DNA of 30,061 nt from contig JBDRNT010000048.1 in NCBI GenBank assembly GCA_043810925.1, positions 1-30,061 on the forward strand, read 5' to 3'. Under the pieces are notes generated by a model. That model ran no database searches and was not told where the DNA came from. It saw only the letters and a program-made list of their open reading frames with translations. Source of the stretch: Candidatus Eiseniibacteriota bacterium. GTDB lineage: Bacteria; Arandabacterota; Arandabacteria; Arandabacterales; Arandabacteraceae. Made by a program: the position numbers and the translations under genes. Of this stretch, positions 9,129-18,091 are shown piece by piece (position 1 is the stretch's first letter; each line of letters opens with the position of its first letter).

Positions 9129-10931
9129 ATGGATCGGCTCCGGGTAATCACGAAGCTGGCGCTCGTTGTCTGCATCGCAGCTTTGCTTTCATGCACCGGG
9201 GAAGCTCCGAAGACGAACGTGATTATCATCGGGATCGATACGCTCCGGCCCGATCACCTAGGCTGTTACGGCTACGGACGCGCCACGAGTCCCAACATCG
9301 ACAGGTTCGCTGCCGAGGGGGTGCTGTGTGAAAAGGCGATAAGCCAGTCCCCGTGGACGCTCCCGTCATTTGCGACCGTGTTCACCTCACTCTATCCCAC
9401 GCAGCATGGCGCAATGGTGGTCAAGAGCCGTATGAGGGAGTCATTCCCCACGCTGGCGACCATCCTGCGTGACGCAGGCTACGCGACGGGTGCCATCATA
9501 AACGCACCTGCACTCAAGCCCGCAAACGGTGTTGACCGGGGGTTCGATCACTGCCACATGACCCCGCTTGACGGCCGGAATGCGGACGGTACGACTCGCG
9601 ACGCGCTTGAGTGGATAGACACGATCGACAACCAGCCTTTCTTCATGTTTGTGCACTACTTCGATCCGCATCTCTCCTACTCGCCTCCCTCACCCTACGA
9701 TCAGCGCTTCGACCCGGGTTACGAAGGCAGAATCGGTGACTCGTTCGACCTGGAGGGTTTCTCGCGGGTCAGAGACGTGATGTTTGAAGAACTCAAGGTG
9801 CTCTCTGCAGCCGACTGGAACCATATCGTCTCGCTTTATGACGGTGAAATAGCTTTTACGGATAAGGCCATAGAAGATCTCCTTAAGGGCCTTTACGATC
9901 GTGCCCTCCGAGGTAACACGCTTATCGTTTTCTTAAGCGACCATGGGGAGGAGTTCTATGAGCATGGTGGTTTCGAACACGGCCATAGCCTTTATAACGA
10001 GCTGATCTGGATCCCGCTGATGTTTTCATTGCCGGGTGTCTTGCCCGAGGGGGTGAGGCTCTCGCGGCAGGTGAGACTCCTGGACGTGGCGCCGACTATT
10101 CTTGATATCCTCGGGATGGAACCACCGTCCCACTTCGAAGGAGTAAGTCTCAGGCCGCTCCTTGAGGGAACGGGTGTGCCCGCGGTTCGGGACGGATCGC
10201 TTCTGCCGCACGATGTGGCATACTCCGAGGCCATCATGCATGGGCCCGAGATGAAGAGCGTGTCGGCATATCCCTTGAAGCTCGTACATCACATGGCAAC
10301 GGATAAGGACATGCTGTTTGACCTCGAGAATGACCCTGAAGAGATGCGAAACCTGGCCGGCAGAAAGCCGGATCTCTCGGCGGAGCTTGATGAAACCCTG
10401 TTTAAGACCTTATTCGGCCTGTCTGATACCTGGTATGTCGAGATTGCGGCAGGTGGCGAAAACCATACATTTGATCTCAGGATCGCCGCCGAAAAAGGCG
10501 CGGTGATAGGGAGATTCAGTCCGTACAAGATGTTCGATGCAAGCGGCAGGCTTCTCGACAAGAAAGAGGTGCTATCTACGGAGCGCCAGGGGTCGGTTCT
10601 CAGTCTGGATAGGCTTGATCTTAAGGGCGCGGTGATGCTGGCATTCAAGGTCGACCTGGAGCGGATTCCAGTCACATTCTATTTCGAGATCGATGGAACG
10701 CCGGCAGCCACGAGCACCTTTCTCGGCGAATCACTCTCCCCTCCCATGGAGATGCCTTTCACGATAAAAGGCGGTAAGAGCAGGACCAGGTCGCCGGGAA
10801 GACCCCCGGGCGATCTCACACCCCCCTACATCCGTCTCTGGTACCGCGAGAGCGGGTACAGCGGCGAAACCGCAATCAAGCTCGACGAAGAGACCACCAA
10901 GGAACTCCGTTCCCTCGGCTACATACAGTAG
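9129..10931 (+). CDS. Sulfatase-like hydrolase/transferase (alkaline phosphatase superfamily), probable lipoprotein
   Basis: IDTLRPDHLGCYGY, PWTLPS, HYFDPH, YDGEI, SDHGEEF, HGHSLY, LFDL.NDP.E..NL, terminal LRSLGYI; lipobox LLSC. GGAGG RBS favours ATG 9129. Confidence 0.88.
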   Translation: MDRLRVITKLALVVCIAALLSCTGEAPKTNVIIIGIDTLRPDHLGCYGYGRATSPNIDRFAAEGVLCEKAISQSPWTLPSFATVFTSLYPTQHGAMVVKSRMRESFPTLATILRDAGYATGAIINAPALKPANGVDRGFDHCHMTPLDGRNADGTTRDALEWIDTIDNQPFFMFVHYFDPHLSYSPPSPYDQRFDPGYEGRIGDSFDLEGFSRVRDVMFEELKVLSAADWNHIVSLYDGEIAFTDKAIEDLLKGLYDRALRGNTLIVFLSDHGEEFYEHGGFEHGHSLYNELIWIPLMFSLPGVLPEGVRLSRQVRLLDVAPTILDILGMEPPSHFEGVSLRPLLEGTGVPAVRDGSLLPHDVAYSEAIMHGPEMKSVSAYPLKLVHHMATDKDMLFDLENDPEEMRNLAGRKPDLSAELDETLFKTLFGLSDTWYVEIAAGGENHTFDLRIAAEKGAVIGRFSPYKMFDASGRLLDKKEVLSTERQGSVLSLDRLDLKGAVMLAFKVDLERIPVTFYFEIDGTPAATSTFLGESLSPPMEMPFTIKGGKSRTRSPGRPPGDLTPPYIRLWYRESGYSGETAIKLDEETTKELRSLGYIQ

Positions 10932-10970
10932 CCGGTTCTCTCAGGACCATGCTCCACCCTCCCAATTCTC

Positions 10971-10999
10971 TGGTCATTCATTCCGTGATCTGGTAGCAT
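10971..10999 (+). promoter_or_regulatory. Candidate sigma70 promoter for the 11048-17237 cluster
   Basis: TGGTCA (10971-10976), 17 nt, TAGCAT (10994-10999) with extended TG. Confidence 0.35.
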
Positions 11000-11047
11000 C
11001 TCAAGAAGGTGTGTCAACCCAATCCGGACTAGATCAAGGAGGGACCA

Positions 11048-12703
11048 ATGAGATCCATCGTTTGGCTTTTGCTGCTCACAGTCGTATTCACATCGGCTTC
11101 CGCCGTTGCCAGGAGTCTTGACGAGTACATAGTTGAGGCTACCGGGCTCGAGAACTCAGGTGAAGTCGCTAAGGCGGCCGAAGTTATGGAGCAGGCAATC
11201 GGTGAATATCCAGACAACCCTGATGCATATGCCTACCTGGGGCTTTACAGAATGATGCAGTCGGGACAGGCTGCCGATGCCGGTGACTTCATGGGGGCAG
11301 GGAACTTCAGCCAGCAATCCGTTACGATGCTTGACAGAGCCATCGAGATCGATCATGACCACATAAACGCTCACCTTTACAGGGGCATCCTCGGGGTCAA
11401 CATGCCCGAATTCATGGGTGTGCTTGACAAGGGCATAGATGATCTTGAGTTCGTGGGCAAGGCCTATGAGCGATCACCCGATGAGGTTCCGGCCGACCTA
11501 GCCGCGACTGCATACCGGTTTCTCGGTGTGGGATACTCAAAGAAGAAGCAGAAGGATCAGGCAAGAGCAGCCTGGGAAAAGGTGATCGAGCTTGCACCTG
11601 AGACCGATGCGGCAAAGGAAGCCGAAGAAGGCATCGCGGGCCTCTCACCGCAGCTCGCGCCAGTCGTCAGGGGTGAGTTTGACGGTCTCTCACCCGATGA
11701 GCTCAAGGCAAAATCCGACGCGGCTCCCCAGAACGCAGATATTCTGGTTGCTCTCGGCAAAGCCTACATAGATAAAGAGAGTTACGGCGAGGCTGAGAAG
11801 GTGCTGAGGCAGGCTATCGGCATCGACTCCCTCAATGCCGGCGGCTACAAGTGGCTGGGCGTTGCAATCGCAAGCTCCATGAGCGGTGGGGAGCTCTACG
11901 ACGACCGGATTCATGAGGACACGGATTGGGCTACGAATCTCGTTTTTGAGGTTATGGGACACCTGGACAAGGCGGTCGAGCTTGCGCCTGATGATATCGA
12001 GGCCAGGTCGATAAACGGAATGATGGCAGTCATGTTTCCTTTCTTTGCGGGGAAGCTCGAACAGGGTATCACCAACCTTCAGATGGTGCTCGATAGCAAC
12101 GTCCCCGACGATATGAAGGCCGAAGCAGCCTACTGGTTGGGTTATGGATACCAGAAGAAGGCAATGACGTTCTGGATCGACGTTGTGACGAACTACCCGG
12201 AAGAGGAGGCGACGCGTCTGGTGTTTGAGAGTATGCGGCCTGCGATTTCGCGGCTCGATCTTTCGAAGCAACCGCGGCCCGTGGTGACGGTGGATTTCGT
12301 GCTTGGCTTCAGGGATGAGCTGGCTCCGCAGACAGCCGTGTGGATCGAGACTCAAGACCGCAAGTTCTTAAGAACCCTCTACGTCTCGGGCTTCAGCGGA
12401 CATGCAAAAGAAGTACAGGTGGTACTGCCCGTTTATGCCTCCACGAGCAAGTTTGCGGACGCGGATGCCATAACGGGCGCAAGCGTGGACATTGGTGAGC
12501 ACATGTACGCATGGGATCTTATGGATACCTCAGGTGAGAAGGTGGACCCCGGCACCTATGTGGTCAAGGTCGAGACCACCTACTGGCCGAGTATGAAATA
12601 CCAGATGGTGGAAGCCGAGATCAGCGTGGGTGCGGCCGAGGACAGGGTAGTCGTTGAAGAGGGCGATTTCATTCCTTATCTCGAAGTCAGATATCTGCCA
12701 TAG
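11048..12703 (+). CDS. Secreted TPR-repeat protein with C-terminal DUF2271-like domain
   Basis: AAGGAGG RBS; signal peptide; multiple TPRs (AYAYLG, AYRFLG..Y, LVALGKAY, AAYWLGYGY); C-terminal PQ.AVWIE....F.RTLYV...DAITGAS...WD..D..G..V.PG.Y...VE. Confidence 0.8.
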   Translation: MRSIVWLLLLTVVFTSASAVARSLDEYIVEATGLENSGEVAKAAEVMEQAIGEYPDNPDAYAYLGLYRMMQSGQAADAGDFMGAGNFSQQSVTMLDRAIEIDHDHINAHLYRGILGVNMPEFMGVLDKGIDDLEFVGKAYERSPDEVPADLAATAYRFLGVGYSKKKQKDQARAAWEKVIELAPETDAAKEAEEGIAGLSPQLAPVVRGEFDGLSPDELKAKSDAAPQNADILVALGKAYIDKESYGEAEKVLRQAIGIDSLNAGGYKWLGVAIASSMSGGELYDDRIHEDTDWATNLVFEVMGHLDKAVELAPDDIEARSINGMMAVMFPFFAGKLEQGITNLQMVLDSNVPDDMKAEAAYWLGYGYQKKAMTFWIDVVTNYPEEEATRLVFESMRPAISRLDLSKQPRPVVTVDFVLGFRDELAPQTAVWIETQDRKFLRTLYVSGFSGHAKEVQVVLPVYASTSKFADADAITGASVDIGEHMYAWDLMDTSGEKVDPGTYVVKVETTYWPSMKYQMVEAEISVGAAEDRVVVEEGDFIPYLEVRYLP

Positions 12704-12722
12704 CCGGAGGAGGAATACCGCA

Positions 12723-14804
12723 ATGCAGAAGACCACCACATTCATCATTCTGCTTACCGTATCGGCCTTCCTCGCCCAGGGGGTGCTCGCCCAGGCACCG
12801 CCCGAGACCCGCGTGGACAATGTCACGGAAGAGATCCACGGAGTAGAGATCGTTGATCCCTACCGATGGCTCGAGGATCAGAACAGCGCTGAGACCAGGG
12901 CATGGATTGAAGCACAAAACGCCTACACCCAGTCGTTCTTAAGTTCGCTGCCCGGTAGAGAAACGATCAGGCAGGAACTCACCGATCTTATCAGGATCGA
13001 TACCGTAGACATCCCGATTGCCCGGAACGGACGCTATTTCTTCGTCCGCCGGCTTGCCGACCAGGATCTGGGTGTGATTTACATGAGGGGGGGCATCGCC
13101 GGTGAGGACGTCGTGCTGGTCGATCCTCATCCCATGAGCCCCGAACATATGCTGAGCGTTACGCTCATGTCCGTCTCGGATGATGGCAGTCTCATGGCGT
13201 ACGGCATCCGTGAGGCCGGTGAAGACGAGCTGGCCGTGAGGATCTTCGATGTGGACCGGAGGGTCGATACGGGGGAGTACCTGCCCAAGGGGCGTAACTC
13301 CGATGTCTCGATTCAGCCGGATAACGGCGGTTTTTACTACACACGCTACGAGGGTGAGTCGGACCTTGTCTACCATCATCGCATGGGGACCGATCCAGCC
13401 GAAGATGCGCTGATATTCGGCGAAGGCTACGGGCCCGGGGTCGGAGTCGCGGCGGAGCTGTCAGACGATGGCCGCTACCTGCTCTTGACTGTGTATTATG
13501 GCTCGGCGGCCCGGAAGACCGAGCTATACTATCAGGATCTTACGACTTTGGGTGACATTGTACCCATCGTAAACGATATAGAAGCCAGTTTCACGGGCAG
13601 CATTGCCGGGGGCCATCTTTACATGGACACTGATTGGGAAGCTCCCAACGGCAGGATCATTCGTGTCGATCTCGCCGATCCGGCCCGAGATACCTGGGAG
13701 GAGATCATACCGGAGACAGAGGCGGTGTTGAGAGGATTCACGCTCGCAGGCGGCCGGCTTATCGTGCGGTACCACGAGAATGTCATCCCTACGCTCAGGG
13801 TGTTCGAATCAGACGGCACGCCGGTCACCGTGATCGACCCTCCCGCAATCGGATACCTGAGCAGGGCTGAAGGACGGTGGCAGGATGATGAAGCCTTCTT
13901 CGAGTTTTCATCGTTTCATATCCCTACGACAATCTATCGCTATGACCTTGCGAACCTGACTCAAGACGTCTGGGCCGCTATCGATGTGCCCATCGACGCT
14001 GAGATGTTTGAGGTCAAGCAGGTCTGGTATGAATCCCTCGACGGTACGGAAGTCCCCATGTTTGTGGCTCACCGGAAGGACATCTTACTTGATGGATCGA
14101 ACCCGACACTTCTCACAGGTTATGGCGGTTTCAGATCAAGTATGACGCCCTACTTCTCATCGAGATCGGCTACATGGATGAAGATGGGCGGGGTCGTTGC
14201 CGTTCCGAACTTAAGAGGTGGCGGAGAATTCGGTGAAACCTGGCACCGGGCAGGGATGCTGGAGCACAAACAGAATACCTTTGACGACTTCACCGCGGCG
14301 GCGGAGTGGCTTATCGAGAATGACTACACCTCGCCTGACAGGCTTGCATGCATGGGTGGAAGCAATGGAGGGCTCCTCGTGGGAGCGGCTTTGACGCAGC
14401 GGCCGGAGCTCTTCCGGGCTGTGGTTTGCACCTACCCGCTTCTCGACATGGTGCGCTATCACAAGTTCCTGATCGCCAAGTTCTGGGTGCCCGAGTATGG
14501 CTCATCGGATGACCCGGAGCAATTCGAATACATATACGATTACTCACCGTACCATCAGGTGGAATACGGCACCGAGTATCCTGCCGTGCTCTTCGTAACC
14601 GGAGATGCCGACACGCGGGTCGATCCCCTGCACGCCCGCAAGATGACCGCGCTGGTGCAATCCGCTACGGGCTCAGACAAACCGGTACTTCTCCACTATG
14701 ACACGACGGCGGGGCACTCCGGGGGAAGACCAATCACGGTCGTAATAGAAGACGTGACGGATCAGTTGCTGTTTCTGGCCTGGCAGCTGGGAGTAGATTT
14801 GTAG
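12723..14804 (+). CDS. Prolyl oligopeptidase (S9A), secreted
   Basis: DPYRWLED, GYGGF, NLRGGGEFG..WH, catalytic GGSNGG, DTRV and AGH motifs; signal peptide; GGAGGAGG RBS before ATG 12723. Confidence 0.95.
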   Translation: MQKTTTFIILLTVSAFLAQGVLAQAPPETRVDNVTEEIHGVEIVDPYRWLEDQNSAETRAWIEAQNAYTQSFLSSLPGRETIRQELTDLIRIDTVDIPIARNGRYFFVRRLADQDLGVIYMRGGIAGEDVVLVDPHPMSPEHMLSVTLMSVSDDGSLMAYGIREAGEDELAVRIFDVDRRVDTGEYLPKGRNSDVSIQPDNGGFYYTRYEGESDLVYHHRMGTDPAEDALIFGEGYGPGVGVAAELSDDGRYLLLTVYYGSAARKTELYYQDLTTLGDIVPIVNDIEASFTGSIAGGHLYMDTDWEAPNGRIIRVDLADPARDTWEEIIPETEAVLRGFTLAGGRLIVRYHENVIPTLRVFESDGTPVTVIDPPAIGYLSRAEGRWQDDEAFFEFSSFHIPTTIYRYDLANLTQDVWAAIDVPIDAEMFEVKQVWYESLDGTEVPMFVAHRKDILLDGSNPTLLTGYGGFRSSMTPYFSSRSATWMKMGGVVAVPNLRGGGEFGETWHRAGMLEHKQNTFDDFTAAAEWLIENDYTSPDRLACMGGSNGGLLVGAALTQRPELFRAVVCTYPLLDMVRYHKFLIAKFWVPEYGSSDDPEQFEYIYDYSPYHQVEYGTEYPAVLFVTGDADTRVDPLHARKMTALVQSATGSDKPVLLHYDTTAGHSGGRPITVVIEDVTDQLLFLAWQLGVDL

Positions 14805-14828
14805 CGTCGCGGGGGAAAGGTGTAAGCA

Positions 14829-17237
14829 ATGGAATGTCCCAACTGCCGTTCAGACAACCCCGATGACAGCCGCTTCTGTAGCAGGTGCGGGGCTTCCATG
14901 GTCGAGGCCCCTACCACACCGCCGACGGCGACCACCCGGCACATGGGCAGGAGGTCGGCCCTTGATTTCGCACCGGGACACCACTTCGGAACCAGATATC
15001 AAATAGTGGAAGAGATCGGCCGTGGCGGCATGGGGGTCGTCTATAAGGCCATCGATAGAGAACTGGATCGTGTCGTCGCTCTTAAGATGATAAGACCCGA
15101 GCTGAGTGCCGATCCCAGGATGGTGGAGCAATTCAAGCGTGAACTCACGCTTGCCAGTGAGATCAGTCACGAGCATGTCATAAGAATCCACGATCTCGGC
15201 GAGACGGACGGGATCAAGTACTTATCGATGAAGTACATCGATGGTACGAGTTTGAGCGATCTCATCCACACCACGGGTAGGCTGACGACCGAGAAAGCGG
15301 TCGGCATCGCGGGACAGGTCTGCCAGGCCCTCACCGCTGCCCACGGCAAGGGGGTCATACACAGGGACTTGAAAACCGACAACATCATGCTGGACCGCGG
15401 GGGCAATGTCTACGTCATGGACTTCGGGATCGCAAGATCGCTCGGTGCCGCAGAGCTCACGGCCAAGGGTGTTATTGTCGGCACCCCGAACTACATGTCC
15501 CCCGAGCAGGCTCAGGGTAAGACGGCTGAAGCGCGCTCGGACATATACTCACTGGGGTGCATCATCTACGAGATGGTCACCGGAAAGAAGGTCTTTGAGG
15601 CGGATACGATCGAGGGCCTTATTCATAAGCATGTCTCCCAGGCTCCGCCTCCGCCTTCTGATCTCAACCCGCGTATTCCCCCGTCGCTTGAACCGATCAT
15701 ACTGAAGTGTCTTGAGAAAGATCCTATGCGGCGGTACACATCGGCCTCAGAACTCCACGATGCGCTTGATGAGATTCAACACGATTTACGCACCCCGACC
15801 GATAGGACGGAGAGGCTGAAAAAACCGGCTGAAACTGAGAAGGAAGCCTCGATTGCGGTGCTTCCCTTCAGGGACATGAGCCCGCAGAAGGATCAGGAGT
15901 ACTTCTGCGACGGTATGGCCGAGGAGCTCATAAACGCGCTGGTCAAGGTCGACGGCCTCAGGGTTGCCGCGCTGACTTCGGCGTTTCAGTTTAGGGACAA
16001 AGGCCATGATATCCGCGCCATCGGTGAGCAACTGAATGTCCGGACGGTGCTCGAGGGGAGCGTACGCAAGGCGGGTAACAGACTTCGCGTTACCGCCCAG
16101 CTCGTGAATGTTGCCGACGGTTATCATGTCTGGTCTGAGAGATACGACCGTGACATGGAGGACGTCTTTGCCATCCAGGATGAGATTTCCGAGGCAATTG
16201 TCGACACGCTCAGACTCAAGCTTGTGGACAGTGGCGGCAAGCGTCCGTCCCGCCATGCCACAACCGACACGATAGCGTACAATCTCTATCTCAAGGGCCG
16301 CTACCACTGGAACAAGCGTAGCAGTGACGGGATCAAGAAGGGGCTTGAGTACTTCGAAAAGGCGATCGAGCGGGACCCGGCGTATGCCCCCGCATACGCT
16401 GGAATTGCTGACTCCTATATGATGATGGAGAACATACGGCCAAGGGGCGCATACGCCAAGGCCCGCTCAGCAGCGCTTAAGGCCATCGAAATCGACGGGT
16501 CCCTTGCGGAGGCCCATGCCTCGCTCGGTCTTTGTGTAATGAGCCACGATTATGATTGGGTGGCGGCTGAGCGGGAGCTCAAGACTGCAATCGAGCTCAA
16601 CCCCAGCTACGCGTCGGCACACCAGTGGTACGCGTTGTGTCTCGTTATCATGTCCCGGGACGAAGAAGCGATCACGGAAATCAAGCGAGCCCAGGAACTG
16701 GATCCCCTGTCGCTGATCATTAACGTCGCCGCCGGCTTCGTAGCCTACTTCACCCGCCGGTATGATGAAGCCCTCAAGGAATGCAGAAAGGTGCTTGATA
16801 TGGACAGCACCTTTCCCGTCACCCACATGGCCCTCGCCCTTATCTATGAACAGAGGGGCATGCGTGACGAAGCGATCGCTGAGTTCGAGAAGATGTTCTC
16901 CCTTGAAGGGGATGAGGAGACCGCAAAGGCGATTCGTGAAGCATTTGCGGCATCAGGTTACGAAGGTGCTATGCGACAGATTGTCAAACGGTTGCTTGTT
17001 CGCTCCGGGGACGCGTATATATACTTCGGCTTCATTGGGCGCATCCTTGCCCGACTGGGTGACAACGATGAGGCGATTGCATACCTGGAAAAGGCTTATG
17101 AAGAGCGAAGCCAGGAGATATACACCATTGCAGTCGATCCGGGCCTTGACGGTATCCGGTCGGACCCGCGTTTTCAGGACCTCATCCGCCGTATCGGCCT
17201 CAAACCGCAGCGTCGGGGTTCCTTGCCCGACGCGTAG
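14829..17237 (+). CDS. Hanks-type Ser/Thr kinase with N-terminal zinc ribbon, TolB-like (SIAVLPF) domain and TPRs
   Basis: CPNC...FCSRCG; GRGGMGVVY, VALK, HRDLK.DN, DFG, GTPNYMSPE; SIAVLPF...YFCDG.AEELI; TPRs; terminal RSDPRF..L. No TM segment seen. Confidence 0.93.
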   Translation: MECPNCRSDNPDDSRFCSRCGASMVEAPTTPPTATTRHMGRRSALDFAPGHHFGTRYQIVEEIGRGGMGVVYKAIDRELDRVVALKMIRPELSADPRMVEQFKRELTLASEISHEHVIRIHDLGETDGIKYLSMKYIDGTSLSDLIHTTGRLTTEKAVGIAGQVCQALTAAHGKGVIHRDLKTDNIMLDRGGNVYVMDFGIARSLGAAELTAKGVIVGTPNYMSPEQAQGKTAEARSDIYSLGCIIYEMVTGKKVFEADTIEGLIHKHVSQAPPPPSDLNPRIPPSLEPIILKCLEKDPMRRYTSASELHDALDEIQHDLRTPTDRTERLKKPAETEKEASIAVLPFRDMSPQKDQEYFCDGMAEELINALVKVDGLRVAALTSAFQFRDKGHDIRAIGEQLNVRTVLEGSVRKAGNRLRVTAQLVNVADGYHVWSERYDRDMEDVFAIQDEISEAIVDTLRLKLVDSGGKRPSRHATTDTIAYNLYLKGRYHWNKRSSDGIKKGLEYFEKAIERDPAYAPAYAGIADSYMMMENIRPRGAYAKARSAALKAIEIDGSLAEAHASLGLCVMSHDYDWVAAERELKTAIELNPSYASAHQWYALCLVIMSRDEEAITEIKRAQELDPLSLIINVAAGFVAYFTRRYDEALKECRKVLDMDSTFPVTHMALALIYEQRGMRDEAIAEFEKMFSLEGDEETAKAIREAFAASGYEGAMRQIVKRLLVRSGDAYIYFGFIGRILARLGDNDEAIAYLEKAYEERSQEIYTIAVDPGLDGIRSDPRFQDLIRRIGLKPQRRGSLPDA

Positions 17238-17244
17238 ACCACCA

Positions 17245-17279
17245 TGTCATTGCGAGACTCGCAGAGTCGAAGCAATCTC
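17245..17279. repeat. REP-like palindrome of the [C/T]GTCAT-tagged type
   Basis: TGTCATTGCGAGACTCGCAGAGTCGAAGCAATCTC: outer stem ATTGC/GCAAT, inner stem GACTC/GAGTC. Lies between convergent stop codons; single copy in the window. Confidence 0.65.
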
Positions 17280-17915
17280 CTAAGCGGTGGATTTGGTGGC
17301 CCAGATGACCCAGGTCACTGGCGTGAACTGCCGGGAATCGAGATCCATCCCGAAATCTGCAAGAACCGGACGCAACTCTTCGATACGAGCGTAGTACTCG
17401 TCTTCCATCCAGCCGTAGCGTTCCAGTGCAGCCCGTTCGGCCTTTGCGTTCTTAAAGATCAGGTCCCCCATCACCCACGGACAACCGGGCTTAAGCACTC
17501 TTAGCATCTCATGGATTCCGTCCGCCTGCATGGGACGTGGCACATGGTGAAAGGCATAAGTGCTCACAACCGCGTCAAAGCTCTGATCAGGACAGGGAAT
17601 AGAGAGAAACGGTGAGTCCGTCAGGCAAAGATCGATCCCTGCCTCGATGCAGCCCTTTCCGCGTGCCAGCGCAAGCATGCGGCGCGATGGATCCAGACCT
17701 ACGACACGAGCTCCTTTCTCAGCGAGCAGTTGGGCCAGATTCCCGGTGCCGGTACCCACGTCCAGGATAGTTCTTCCGGCGGACGGCTTCGCGTGGCTCA
17801 CCACCATCCTGAGCACTTCATCGTATCGCGCATAGACAGGATCATCCGAGGTGACCCAGTCATCATAGCTGTCGGCCCACTCGTCAAAATTCCAGGTTTT
17901 CCATTCTTCGGTCAT
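17280..17915 (-). CDS. Class I SAM-dependent methyltransferase
   Basis: FDEWADSYD, ILDVGTGTG, GLDPS..ML, FDAVVSTYAFHH, RVLKPG. Confidence 0.92.
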   Translation of the reverse strand: MTEEWKTWNFDEWADSYDDWVTSDDPVYARYDEVLRMVVSHAKPSAGRTILDVGTGTGNLAQLLAEKGARVVGLDPSRRMLALARGKGCIEAGIDLCLTDSPFLSIPCPDQSFDAVVSTYAFHHVPRPMQADGIHEMLRVLKPGCPWVMGDLIFKNAKAERAALERYGWMEDEYYARIEELRPVLADFGMDLDSRQFTPVTWVIWATKSTA

Positions 17916-18091
17916 CGGAAAGTCCGCTCATGACATCAGCCGATTACATCGGCCTCGGGATAGAAGTTGCTCCACGCAGACCAAAGAACGGGTAAAGCCT
18001 CGAGCTCACCACCGAGCATGGTGCCGAGAACGGGTTCGTCGGCCGCGGAGCCCCGATGCTTAATTTCAAGACCTGACCCCCAGGGGTCCTC

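Noticed and set aside
17950-17985. TCCACGC resembling an HDV-like ribozyme L3 loop
   Set aside because: The flanking bases do not form P3, and I could not build the P1/P2 nested pseudoknot.
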